59,904 bases of DNA from Usitatibacter sp. (GTDB lineage Bacteria > Pseudomonadota > Gammaproteobacteria > Burkholderiales > Usitatibacteraceae), in contig JBDSRZ010000162.1 in NCBI GenBank assembly GCA_039929025.1, forward strand, positions 1-59,904, written 5' to 3'. Below the pieces are notes generated by a model that worked only from the letters and a program-made list of their open reading frames with translations, did no database searches and was not told the origin of the DNA. Within the stretch, counting starts at the first letter, position 1; each line of letters opens with the position of its first letter. Shown piece after piece: positions 36,460 to 45,881 of the stretch. Made by a program: the position numbers and the translations under genes.

Positions 36460-36843
36460 CTAGTTTTCCAGCCCGGCCTCGCTGCGCCACCAGGCTACGC
36501 CGCCGTCGATATGGATCAGGATGTCGTCGATCACATACGAAAGGTCCGGCGCCTGCAGCCGCAGTCCCGGCTCTTGCAGGCGCGCATTGACGGTTTCCCA
36601 CTCGTCCCACTGCGCGGGATCGTCGGTTGTGTTGGCCCTGATCAGCTGCAGCTCGCTTTCGAAGAGCGCGCGCACGCCGTCGAACCGGGCCGTTGGGTGG
36701 AAGGCACCGCTATACCACGGGAAATCCGCGCCTCCCGGCTGCACGTCTATAGTCCCGAGCACGTCGTCGCCACGAACCAGCTCCAGGCTGCCTGGAATCT
36801 CCTGCCTTGCCATCACTGGATCCTTCCTTTCGATCGCCTTCAC
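36460..36843 (-). CDS. Hypothetical protein (127 aa)
   Basis: Begins 1 bp after the sauT stop; natural composition (DFPWYSGAF...ILIHIDG). Confidence 0.6.
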   Translation of the reverse strand: MKAIERKDPVMARQEIPGSLELVRGDDVLGTIDVQPGGADFPWYSGAFHPTARFDGVRALFESELQLIRANTTDDPAQWDEWETVNARLQEPGLRLQAPDLSYVIDDILIHIDGGVAWWRSEAGLEN

Positions 36844-36844
36844 C

Positions 36845-38362
36845 TCAGGCCGTCGCCGGCATCAACTCGACGAGCCTCAGCCGCTGCACCTTGCCCGACG
36901 GCCCCCGCGGAAGCTCGTCCACGAACCGGATCAACTTCGGGGTCTTGAACTTGCCGAGGTGCTCCACGCAGAAGTCCCTGAGGTCCTCCTCGGTGCAGGA
37001 GCGTCCCTCCCTCAGGATCACGCACGCCATGACCTCCTGGCCGTAGTGCTTGTCGGGCACGCCTACCGCGGCCGCATCGAGCACCGCGGGATGGCGCAGC
37101 AGCACTTCGTCGATCTCGCGCGGCGCGATGTTCTCACCGCCCTTGATGATCAGCTCCTTGATGCGGCCGGTCACGTAGAAGAAGCCCTCCGCGTCGCGAA
37201 CACCGATGTCCCCGGAGCGGAGCCAGCCATGCGGGAAGAAGGCGCCCTGCGTGGCGGCTTCGTTCTTGTAGTAGCCAGGCGTCACCTGCGGGCCGCGGAT
37301 CACGATTTCGCCCGCGGCGCCGTCGGGCACCTCGACGCCGCGCTCGTCCACGATGCGCGCCTCGCAGCCCGAGGGGAGCCCGACGGAGCCGACCTTGCGC
37401 CTCTCGGGCTCGTACGGATTCGAGAACGCAGGCGCCACCGTCTCGGTAAGTCCCATGGTCTCTATCAAACCGATGCCGAATTTCTCCTGGAAGGCGAGCA
37501 GGTGTTCAGGCGGCAGCGGCGCGGATGCGGAGCGGCAGAAGCGGATCTTCGCAAGTGCCTCGCGTGGCGGCGTCTCGCCCTCCAGCAGGTAGCTCACGAT
37601 CGTCGGCACCACGTTCACCCAGGTGCACTCGAAGCGCGCCGCCATCTCCCAGAATTTTCCCGTTGAGAATCTGGGCGGCATGGCGAGCGATCCACCGTGG
37701 GCGAGGGGCGTGAGCATCGTCACCGCGAACGCGTTGATGTGATAGAGCGGCAACACTGCCGTGGCTCGATCGGTTGGTCCCAGGCGATGCTCGGCGCTGA
37801 TGATGCGCGCGTTCGCCGTGACGTTCGCGTGGGTGAGCATCACGCCCTTGGGCATGCCGGTGGTGCCGGAGGTGTACATGAGGAGCGCGAGGTCCTCCGG
37901 GCCCGGCGGGCGGCGTTGCGGCTCGGCCTGCGTTTCGCCGGGAAGCGAATCCGCGTCGGGATCGACCTCGACCACGGCGATCGGGCGGTCGATCTTCGCC
38001 AACAGCGCGCGCACTTTCTCGCCCCACTCGGGGGCGGCGAACACCATCGCGCAGTCGGAATGGTCGAGCACGTAACGCATCTGGTCCGGCGACGAGAGCA
38101 GGTTCACCGGATTCACGCAGTAGCCGCCGTACATCGCGCCGAGGAGAATTCGCAGGGTCGCCAGCCCATTCGGCATGACCAGCGAGACGTGCGCTCCCGG
38201 GGGGAGACCTTGCCGCTCGATATAGGCCGCGATGCGGCGGCTGGATGCGAGGAGCTGCCCGAAGGTGAGGCCACGGCCGGTCTCGGTGGCGATGAAGTAG
38301 GTGGCTTCCGGACGCTGGGCAGCTTGGGATTCGATCAGCGCCGCGACGGTATTGGACTTCAT
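36845..38362 (-). CDS. sauT: Acyl-CoA ligase, probable sulfoacetate-CoA ligase
   Basis: YTSGTTGMPKG, MGLTET, GGENIAP, PRGPSGK; directly downstream of sauS. Confidence 0.8.
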   Translation of the reverse strand: MKSNTVAALIESQAAQRPEATYFIATETGRGLTFGQLLASSRRIAAYIERQGLPPGAHVSLVMPNGLATLRILLGAMYGGYCVNPVNLLSSPDQMRYVLDHSDCAMVFAAPEWGEKVRALLAKIDRPIAVVEVDPDADSLPGETQAEPQRRPPGPEDLALLMYTSGTTGMPKGVMLTHANVTANARIISAEHRLGPTDRATAVLPLYHINAFAVTMLTPLAHGGSLAMPPRFSTGKFWEMAARFECTWVNVVPTIVSYLLEGETPPREALAKIRFCRSASAPLPPEHLLAFQEKFGIGLIETMGLTETVAPAFSNPYEPERRKVGSVGLPSGCEARIVDERGVEVPDGAAGEIVIRGPQVTPGYYKNEAATQGAFFPHGWLRSGDIGVRDAEGFFYVTGRIKELIIKGGENIAPREIDEVLLRHPAVLDAAAVGVPDKHYGQEVMACVILREGRSCTEEDLRDFCVEHLGKFKTPKLIRFVDELPRGPSGKVQRLRLVELMPATA

Positions 38363-38384
38363 TCAGCTTGGACCCCGGACCATC

Positions 38385-38498
38385 GCCGCAGCAGCGGCGT
38401 CCGGGGTGACATTTCCATTTGCCGCAGCAGCAGCGGCGTCCGGGGTGACATTTCCACTTGCCGCAGCAGCAGCGGCGTCTGCGGTGACATTCCTATTT
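38385..38498. repeat. Three tandem ~39-bp units between sauS and sauT
   Basis: GCCGCAGCAG(CAG)CGGCGTCCGGGGTGACATTTCCA(T/C)TT starting at 38385, 38421 and 38460. Confidence 0.88.
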
Positions 38499-39920
38499 GC
38501 CCCAGCGGCTGAAAAATTGCCCCAGCAGCTCGTCGACCGTAGGCACGTGCTCGGGGATTGGCGAGACCACGCGGGTCACGTTCATGTAGTGGCGCACGTT
38601 CATGTTGTCGGAGAAGTTGTTCTTCCCCCACGTGCCGCAGCCCATCGAGAGCGACACCGGCAGCGAGTTGGAGAAGCTGCCGCCATTGGCCACCACGTGG
38701 ACCTGGTTCACGATCACGCGCGCCACCGGAAGTGCGAGGCCCAGCTCCAGCGCGCGCTCTTCCTTGCGGGTGTGCAGCGAAACCGAATGCCCCGCGCCCT
38801 GGAAGGCGTAGATGCGGCGGACCATTTCCGTGGCAGCGGCGAAGTCGGGCACGCGGTAAACGGTCAGCACGGGCGAGAGCTTCTCCCCGGAAAACCGATG
38901 ATCCGGGCCCGCTTCGGCTTCATCGACCAGCAGGATGCGCGCGGATTTCGCGGCGGGGTCGGCAAGGTGAGCGCGCTCGGCGATGGTGGCGACGGTCTGG
39001 CCGATCACCGCGGGCGACAGCTTTCCCTCCGGCCACATGCACGCCTCGAGGCGTTTGCGATCCTCCCCATCGACGCGCACGCAGCCATGACCACCGAGCG
39101 CGGCGAGCATCGCCTCCGCGATCGACTCCACCAACACCACGCTGTTCTCCGAGGAGCAGCTGGTGGCGTTGTCGAAGAGCTTCGACTGCACGATCTTGGC
39201 CGCGGCGTCCTCGATGTCGGCGGTCTCGTCGATGATCGAGGCGACGTTGCCGGCGCCGACACCGAAAGCCGGCGTGCCGCTCGCGTAGGCCGCGCGCACG
39301 TTCGCCTGGGAACCGGTAGCGACTACCAGGTCGCATTGGCGCATCAGCTCCGCGGTCGTCTCCTTGGTGACCGGTGCCGGCAGCATCTGCACCAGGTCCT
39401 TCGGCGCGCCGATCCGTTCGAACTGCGCGTGGATGTACCCGATCAGCTTCGCGCACGTGGTCGCGCCCTTGGGCGACGGCGCCACGATCACCGCGTTGCC
39501 CGCCTTGAGGCTGTTGATGATCTTGTTGGCGGGCGTGGCGGCGGGATTGGTCGAGGGGGTGATCGCGCAGACGACACCTACGGGCCGCCCGATCTCGATC
39601 AAGCCGCGCGCGCGGTCCTCGCTCATCACGCCCACGGTCTTCATGCCCTGCAGGTCGCGAAGGAGGCCGAGCGTCTTGCGGTGGTTCTTCACCACCTTGT
39701 GCTCGATGTCGCCAATGCCGGTGTCGCGGACCGCCAGCTCGGCGAGGCTGCGATTGCGGGCGGGCTCGAGGATCGCCCACCCGGCGGCGGCCACCAGCTC
39801 GTCGACGCGCGCCTGGTCGTAGCCCTGCGCGACGGTTTGCGCGGCGCGCGCACGCCTCACCAGCCCGGCGACCAGCGCCGCGGGGGGCGCTGCCGGCTCA
39901 GGGCGCCGGGGAGTGTCCAC
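38493..39920 (-). CDS. sauS: Acylating sulfoacetaldehyde dehydrogenase
   Basis: TPSTNP, VATGSQANV, GVGAGN, FDNATSCSSENS, SGEKLSPV, SMGCGTWG; context with ligase, xsc and pta. Confidence 0.85.
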   Translation of the reverse strand: MDTPRRPEPAAPPAALVAGLVRRARAAQTVAQGYDQARVDELVAAAGWAILEPARNRSLAELAVRDTGIGDIEHKVVKNHRKTLGLLRDLQGMKTVGVMSEDRARGLIEIGRPVGVVCAITPSTNPAATPANKIINSLKAGNAVIVAPSPKGATTCAKLIGYIHAQFERIGAPKDLVQMLPAPVTKETTAELMRQCDLVVATGSQANVRAAYASGTPAFGVGAGNVASIIDETADIEDAAAKIVQSKLFDNATSCSSENSVVLVESIAEAMLAALGGHGCVRVDGEDRKRLEACMWPEGKLSPAVIGQTVATIAERAHLADPAAKSARILLVDEAEAGPDHRFSGEKLSPVLTVYRVPDFAAATEMVRRIYAFQGAGHSVSLHTRKEERALELGLALPVARVIVNQVHVVANGGSFSNSLPVSLSMGCGTWGKNNFSDNMNVRHYMNVTRVVSPIPEHVPTVDELLGQFFSRWGK

Positions 39921-41424
39921 CGCGGAATTCCCTGTAGTGCTTGAGTGCCGCGCGGATCACCGGCCACAGCAACCCCGCGATCGCGAGCGCCAGCACCACC
40001 CCGCTCACCGGCCGCGTGAAGAAGACTGTCCAGTCGTTGTCGAAGCTCACCATCGTCGTCATGAAATTGCCCTCCGCGAGCGGCCCCAGGATGGCGCCGA
40101 GCACCAGCGGCGCGAGCGGGAACCTGAAGCGCTCGAAGAGGAAGCCCAGCAGGCCGAAGATCGCCATCACGTAGAGGTCGGGAAGGCTGTTGCGCTGCGC
40201 GAAGGCGCCGACGAAACAGAACACCACCACGAACGCCGAGACGATCGCCTCGGGCGCATCGAGCACCTTGCACAGCGGCTTGATGGCGAAGTAGCCGAGG
40301 ATGCACTTGCCGATGGTCGCGGCGAACACGGTCGCGAACACCAGGTGGACCAGCTCCGGGCTCTTCACGAACACCTGCGGCCCCGGCTGGATGCCGTGCA
40401 GCAGGAAAGCCGCCAGGATGATCGCGGTCGCGCCGCTGCCCGGGATGCCCATCGCGAGCAACGGCACGAAGGCGCCTCCGACCGAGGCGGTGGCCGCGGC
40501 CTTGGCCGCGACGATGCCCTCCGGCGCGCCGGTGCCGAGCGCCTTGCCGTTCTTGCCGTACTGGTGCTCGATGCCGTAGGCGACGAAGGAGGAGACTGTC
40601 GCGCCCGCACCCGGCACGATGCCGACCAGCATGCCGACGAGGGTGCCGCGGATGAACGTGGCCTTCATGCGAACGATCTCGGCCCATTTCGGGAACGCGG
40701 TCTTGAATCGTGCATCGCCCGCCTGGCTCTGGGCGCCGCCCGCGAAGCCGACCGCCATCCGCGTGAGGACCTCGCCAATGCCGTAGGCGCCGACCATCAC
40801 CAGCAGGAACTCGAGGCCGTCCTGCAGGAAGGGCAGGCCGAAGGCGAAGCGCTCGGCACCGTAGATGCCATCCACACCGACCGTGGCGATGAGTAGTCCC
40901 AGGCACAGGCTGATGAGCGAGTTGACGAGCGATGCTCCCGAAAGCGTGACGACGCTCGCCAGCCCGAAGAACACCACCGCGAAGAACTCGGGCGTTGAGA
41001 AGCTGAGCGCCAGCCTGGCGATCGGTTGCGTGAGCAGCACCATCACGATCGAGGAGACGATGCCCGCCGCGAACGCTGCGACCAGCGCCCAGCCGAGCGC
41101 GAGCGCGGCCTGCCCCTTGCGTGTCATCTCGTATCCGTCCCAGAGGAGCGGCACGTCCATCGGCTCGCCCGGGATGCGGAAGATGATCGAGGTGATCGCG
41201 CCCCCGTAGGTGCCGGCCACGTACATCGCCGTGAGCAGGATGAGCGCCGGCCCCACGCCCATCTTGTAGGTGAAGGGCAGCGCCAGCACCACGCCCATCA
41301 CCAGCGTGAGCCCCGGGAGCACGGCCACCAGCATGCCGAGCGCGAGCCCGATCCACAGCACCATGAAGTTGACCGGCGTGAAGATGCTCGCGAATCCGCC
41401 GGCGAGCCCGGAGAGCGCTTCCAT
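39898..41424 (-). CDS. Tripartite tricarboxylate transporter large subunit TctA
   Basis: LPGL, YGGAITSIIFRIPG, PGAGAT, PLLAMGIPG, GIQPGP. Confidence 0.92.
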   Translation of the reverse strand: MEALSGLAGGFASIFTPVNFMVLWIGLALGMLVAVLPGLTLVMGVVLALPFTYKMGVGPALILLTAMYVAGTYGGAITSIIFRIPGEPMDVPLLWDGYEMTRKGQAALALGWALVAAFAAGIVSSIVMVLLTQPIARLALSFSTPEFFAVVFFGLASVVTLSGASLVNSLISLCLGLLIATVGVDGIYGAERFAFGLPFLQDGLEFLLVMVGAYGIGEVLTRMAVGFAGGAQSQAGDARFKTAFPKWAEIVRMKATFIRGTLVGMLVGIVPGAGATVSSFVAYGIEHQYGKNGKALGTGAPEGIVAAKAAATASVGGAFVPLLAMGIPGSGATAIILAAFLLHGIQPGPQVFVKSPELVHLVFATVFAATIGKCILGYFAIKPLCKVLDAPEAIVSAFVVVFCFVGAFAQRNSLPDLYVMAIFGLLGFLFERFRFPLAPLVLGAILGPLAEGNFMTTMVSFDNDWTVFFTRPVSGVVLALAIAGLLWPVIRAALKHYREFRGGHSPAP

Positions 41425-41427
41425 CCC

Positions 41428-41967
41428 TCAGGTCACCCCGATGGCGCGCATCAGTGCGAGCGACAGCGCTCGGAAGGCCCCGTCGCCGAGCGGCAGCGAG
41501 ATGTAGGCGATGCGCATGAAGACCACCGCCAGCGCGAGGCTGCCCGCGACGCCGATGGCGGCGCAAAGGAGCGGCCGCTGCATGCCTCCGATCCGGGGAA
41601 ATATTCCCAGGAATAGCGCCGTGGTGAGGAAGAAGCCGGTGTACGGTACCGCGACCACGTAAGCGGCGATGAGCGCGATGCCGCCGAAGAGCATCGGCAG
41701 GTTGAGCGGCAGCGCCGCCTCCCGGCCGACGCCGAGCGGGTCGGTCGAGAGCACTCCCGTGGCCGTGAACTGCGACCTCGCCAGCAGCCGCTTCACGATC
41801 TCGTAGGCGCAGAGCAGGCCCATGATGACGATCACCGCCTTGGGCCACACCGCCGGGCTGATGCGCCCGCCGGTGTCCACGTCGATGCCCGCCGCCAACC
41901 AGTAAAGGACGATCGAGGCGGCCAGCATCACGCCGTGGGGCAGGACCTGGCTCAGCTTCCGCGGCAT
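41428..41967 (-). CDS. Tripartite tricarboxylate transporter small subunit TctB
   Basis: Four to five TM helices, SPAVWP, GFFLTT, ISLPLG; between TctC and TctA. Confidence 0.85.
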   Translation of the reverse strand: MPRKLSQVLPHGVMLAASIVLYWLAAGIDVDTGGRISPAVWPKAVIVIMGLLCAYEIVKRLLARSQFTATGVLSTDPLGVGREAALPLNLPMLFGGIALIAAYVVAVPYTGFFLTTALFLGIFPRIGGMQRPLLCAAIGVAGSLALAVVFMRIAYISLPLGDGAFRALSLALMRAIGVT

Positions 41968-41976
41968 CGGCGCGTG

Positions 41977-42942
41977 CTACGACTTCTTCGGCAGGTTCGC
42001 CTCGATGAGCGCCAGTTGCTCGGCGATGAACGGCCCCGCCTTGTCCGCCGCGATGTAGCTGTCGGCGAACGCGAGCTCGTCGGAAAGGTATTTCTTGAAG
42101 TCGTCGGAGCGCGCGCACTTGTCCATCGCCGCCGCAAGCACCTTCACGTGCTGGGGCTCGGTACCCGCGCGCACCACCACCGAGCGGAACTGGCTGATGG
42201 CGAAAGTGACGCCGTACTTGCTCGCGAGCGGGATGTCCTCATAGCCGACCTGGGGCTTCTCGGCGAAGAACACGATCGGCCGCATCTGCTTCGAGTCGAG
42301 GAAGCTCCTCACGTCGCCGGCCTGCTCCACCAGCACGTCGGCGTGGCCGCCGAGGATCGACGCATAGCGCTCGCCGGGCTGCGCGAACGGCACCGGGCGG
42401 AACTTCGAGCCCTTCTCGTTGAATTTGTTGACGTGCATCTCGTCGGGGCTGCCGAAGCCGGTAATGCCCGCCTTGATGTCGCCCTTCTTCGAGTCGGCGA
42501 GGAGGTCGTCGAAGGTCTTCCACTTCGCATCCATCTTCACGAAGAGGCCGGTCGGCTGGCGGATCATCACGCCCAGCGCGATCAGATCCGAGAGCTTGTA
42601 GCGGCCCTTGCCCCCCGCGAGCGTGCCGAGCGTGTCGCCGATGAAGAGCGCGATGGAGTGACCGTCGGGCGGCGAGGAAAGCAGCTTCGCCATGCCGGTG
42701 TTGCCGGTGGCGCCGGGGACATTGACGACGGGCAACGAGACCTTGAGCTCCGGCTCGAGGATCCTCGCCATGCGGCGCGCGAGCTGGTCGGCGCCGCCGC
42801 CGGGGCCCCAGGGCACGATGAAGTCGATCGGATGCGAGGGAAACGCGGCCTGCGCCAGGGCCATGCGCGGCGCGAGCGCCAGGCCCGTTGCTGCGATCAG
42901 CAACGAGCGGCGTGTGCTGCAATGCGGATTGCGTTCGTCCAT
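41977..42942 (-). CDS. TctC/Bug substrate-binding protein with Tat-like signal
   Basis: GAGGAG RBS, STRRSLL, IVPWGPGGGAD, NVPGATG. Confidence 0.9.
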   Translation of the reverse strand: MDERNPHCSTRRSLLIAATGLALAPRMALAQAAFPSHPIDFIVPWGPGGGADQLARRMARILEPELKVSLPVVNVPGATGNTGMAKLLSSPPDGHSIALFIGDTLGTLAGGKGRYKLSDLIALGVMIRQPTGLFVKMDAKWKTFDDLLADSKKGDIKAGITGFGSPDEMHVNKFNEKGSKFRPVPFAQPGERYASILGGHADVLVEQAGDVRSFLDSKQMRPIVFFAEKPQVGYEDIPLASKYGVTFAISQFRSVVVRAGTEPQHVKVLAAAMDKCARSDDFKKYLSDELAFADSYIAADKAGPFIAEQLALIEANLPKKS

Positions 42943-43093
42943 CTCGTTCTCCTCGAAGGGTAAGGCGGTCGGGGCTCCCGTGGCCCTCGCGGCAATCATG
43001 CCACGGGCCGGTTCGGTTGACAGCGGGCGGAGGGTCTGCGAGGTTTCGTTTTCCGGATATTTTTTCCCCGCTGGCCGAAAGGATGCGTTCGCG

Positions 43094-43846
43094 GTGCTGA
43101 CGCTGACGTCGTTGCAGCTGGCCCTGGTATGCGCGGGCGCAGCCGTGGGCGGCGCGATCTTCGGCGTGATCGGCTTCGCCTACGGGGTGCTGATCTCGCT
43201 CTTCATCCATCACGCGTTCGCGGCCCCCGACGTGGTCTTCATCGTGGTCGGCGGCGCGTTCCTGCTCAACCTTTTCTACCTGCCGCGGTTCTGGCGGGAG
43301 ATCCGCTGGCGCGGCGCATTGCCGTACATGGCCGGCGCGACCCTCGGGCTGCCGATCAGCCTGTGGCTGCTGACGCAGCTCGAAGCCCGGGCAATCCGGT
43401 CATTGGTCGCGGGGGTGATCATCGCGTACGGCCTCTTCGCCCTTCGCCAGCAGTCGCGCGCGCCGTTGCGCTTCACGGGAGCCCACGGCAATGTGGTCGA
43501 CGGGACCGTGGGGCTCGCGGGCGGGCTGATCGGAGGCATCTCCGGCCTCGGTCCGCTCGTTCCCGGCGTGTGGTTCGGGCTTCGCGGCATGGACAAGGTG
43601 CAGCAGCGTTCGCTCGCGCAGCCTTTTGGCCTCTACATCCAGGGTTTCATGGTCGCGTGGCTGCTGCTCTCGAGCGCCGTCAGCCGCAGCGCGCTCGAGG
43701 GACTGGCGATCGCCACCCCGATCATGCTGGGGACCGCCTATCTCGGGCTCAGGGTGTTCGACCGGCTGAGCACTTCGGTCTTTCAGCGAAGCGTCGTGGT
43801 GCTGGCCATCGGCGGCGCGCTCGCGCTGCTTGCGAGGCAGCTGTGA
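43094..43846 (+). CDS. TauE/SafE-family exporter (second paralog)
   Basis: GVIGFAYG and GLIGGISGLGP repeats; highly hydrophobic; GTG start approximate. Confidence 0.78.
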   Translation: MLTLTSLQLALVCAGAAVGGAIFGVIGFAYGVLISLFIHHAFAAPDVVFIVVGGAFLLNLFYLPRFWREIRWRGALPYMAGATLGLPISLWLLTQLEARAIRSLVAGVIIAYGLFALRQQSRAPLRFTGAHGNVVDGTVGLAGGLIGGISGLGPLVPGVWFGLRGMDKVQQRSLAQPFGLYIQGFMVAWLLLSSAVSRSALEGLAIATPIMLGTAYLGLRVFDRLSTSVFQRSVVVLAIGGALALLARQL

Positions 43847-44955
43847 GGCTCGACGCCTGGCTGCTGCACCTGCCGCTCGCGACGCCGTACAAGCTCGCGT
43901 TCGGGCCGGTTGAGGCGCTCGATACGGTGGTGGTGCGGATGGTTCGCGACGATGGGCGCGAGGGCTACGGCGAGGCCACACTCCTCACCGGCTATACCGA
44001 CGAGACCGTCGGCGAGACCTGGGCGAAGGTTGGCGAGATCGCCGGGGCACTGGGTTCGGCTTCGTTCAACCTGGGCGCGACGCTCGATGGATTGGATGCC
44101 TCCCATCCTTTTCTCACCACCGCGTTTCGCACCGCGCTGGAGATGGCCGACGGGTCTTTCCTGCTTTCGCTCGAGGCCCCCGCGCGCGTCCCGATCCTCG
44201 GATTGCTGCAGGCGGAGAGCGAGGAGCGCTTGCGGGCCGAGGCCGATGCACTGCTCGCGCAGGGGTATCGCACCCTGAAGGTCAAGGTGGGATTCGATGC
44301 GGTTCGTGATGCCGCCATGGTGGGGATGGCCCAGCGTGCCGTGGGCGGGCGAGCGCGAATCAGGATCGATGCCAACCAGGGCTATGCGGCGCGCGAGGCG
44401 ATCGAATTCGTCTCGCGGCTCTCCAACGAGTCGATCGAGCTCTTCGAGCAGCCGTGCGCCGCGGGCGACTGGGACGCGCATGCCCGGGTGGTGCCCATCG
44501 CGCGCGATCGCGGCATCGCGCTGATGCTCGACGAGTCCATCTACAGCGAGCGCGAGATCGAGATGGCGAGCGAGCGCCGCGCCGCCGACTTCATCAAGGT
44601 GAAGCTGATGAAGTTCCGCAGCCTCGCCCGCCTGGCGGCGGCCATCGCGCTGATCCGAAACCGGGGTCAGACCCCAGTTTTGGGCAACGGCGTCGCCACC
44701 GACCTTGGCTGCTGGATGGAGGCCTGCATCGCCGCCCGCCACATCGACAACGCCGGAGAGATGAACGGTTTCCTTAAACCCAGGGAGCGCCTGCTCGCCG
44801 ATCCCCTCGTCTTTCGCGACGGCTGCATCGAGCTGCCCGCCGGCTGGCGCCCGCGGATCGACGTCTCGACCCTCGAGCGCCTGGCCATCGCCCGGGAAAC
44901 CGGGGTCAGACCCCAGTTTCCTCAGTTTTCTGCTTCGCACGAAGCCGGGGTCTGA
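43843..44955 (+). CDS. Enolase-superfamily mandelate racemase/muconate lactonising enzyme, carrying in-frame REPs
   Basis: GYGEA, KVK, DANQ, EQP, DES metal ligands; GTGA overlap. Confidence 0.88.
   Translation: MRLDAWLLHLPLATPYKLAFGPVEALDTVVVRMVRDDGREGYGEATLLTGYTDETVGETWAKVGEIAGALGSASFNLGATLDGLDASHPFLTTAFRTALEMADGSFLLSLEAPARVPILGLLQAESEERLRAEADALLAQGYRTLKVKVGFDAVRDAAMVGMAQRAVGGRARIRIDANQGYAAREAIEFVSRLSNESIELFEQPCAAGDWDAHARVVPIARDRGIALMLDESIYSEREIEMASERRAADFIKVKLMKFRSLARLAAAIALIRNRGQTPVLGNGVATDLGCWMEACIAARHIDNAGEMNGFLKPRERLLADPLVFRDGCIELPAGWRPRIDVSTLERLAIARETGVRPQFPQFSASHEAGV
44657..44681. repeat. Family-A REP inside the enolase-superfamily gene
   Basis: GAAACCGGGGTCAGACCCCAGTTTT, translated as RNRGQTPV. 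Confidence 0.88.
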
Positions 44956-44965
44956 CCCCGGTTTT
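44896..44965. repeat. Family-A REP doublet forming the gene's 3' end
   Basis: Copies at 44896-44920 and 44941-44965; the TGA stop (44953-44955) lies inside the second core. Confidence 0.9.
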
Positions 44966-44987
44966 ACAATGCTTGGAAAGGAGTCCC

Positions 44988-45881
44988 ATGAGCCCCAGCG
45001 TTCGCAATCTCAACCCCGCCGTTGGCGCGGAAATCTCGGGCATCGATGTAGCCAACATCACCGACGCGCAGTTCAAGGTCGTGGAGGCCGCCTGGTACGC
45101 GCACTCGGCGCTCCTCATCCGCGGACAGGATCTCGACGATGACGACCTGATTGCTTTCAGCCGCCGCTTCGGGGAGCTCGACATGCCGCCCGTGAATGAG
45201 AACGGCAAGACCTTCGTCGCTGACCATCCGGAGATCTATGTGGTCTCGAATGTCATCGGCCCCGACGGCGTCCCCATCGGCAGCTTGGGCGCGGGCGAAG
45301 CCCAATGGCACACCGACATGTCGTACCTTCGTGAGCCGCCCGACGCCTCGATGCTTTATGCCCTGGAAGTGCCCGCCGAAGGGGGCGACACCTGGCTTTG
45401 CGGCATGGAGGCAGCGCTGCGTGCGCTGCCGCGCGAACTCCTCCATCGCGTGCGCGGCCTGAATATCAAGCACGACGGCACCTACAACTCCGGTGGCTAC
45501 CTTCGCAAAGGCCTGGAACCGACCGACGACCCGACCCGCTCGGTCGGCACGCCGCACCCGGTCGTCTGCGCTCATCCGGTCACCGGGCGCCCGATTCTCT
45601 ATCTCGGAAGGCGACGCAACGCCTACATGATCGGACTGCCGCTCGAGGAAAGCGAGCGCCTGCTTGACGAGCTGTGGCGCTACGCGAGCTTGCCCAAGAA
45701 CTGCTTTGCGCATCGCTGGCGCGTGGGCGACTTGCTGATGTGGGACAACCGCAGCACGATGCACCGGCGCGATCCGTTCGATGCGGAAAACCGCCGCATC
45801 ATGCATCGAACCCAGATCAAGGGGCGCGAGACACCGCGAGCCTACGACGGCGAAATCCCGGCGCGGGGCATGGCGGCTTGA
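44988..45881 (+). CDS. TauD/TfdA-family Fe(II)/2-oxoglutarate dioxygenase
   Basis: AAGGAG RBS; GAEISGID, WHTDM, GGDT, HPVVCAHPVTGR, WDNRSTMHRR. Confidence 0.92.
   Translation: MSPSVRNLNPAVGAEISGIDVANITDAQFKVVEAAWYAHSALLIRGQDLDDDDLIAFSRRFGELDMPPVNENGKTFVADHPEIYVVSNVIGPDGVPIGSLGAGEAQWHTDMSYLREPPDASMLYALEVPAEGGDTWLCGMEAALRALPRELLHRVRGLNIKHDGTYNSGGYLRKGLEPTDDPTRSVGTPHPVVCAHPVTGRPILYLGRRRNAYMIGLPLEESERLLDELWRYASLPKNCFAHRWRVGDLLMWDNRSTMHRRDPFDAENRRIMHRTQIKGRETPRAYDGEIPARGMAA

Noticed and set aside
38385-38498. Possible CRISPR array
   Set aside because: Units are contiguous with no unique spacers and no cas genes are present.
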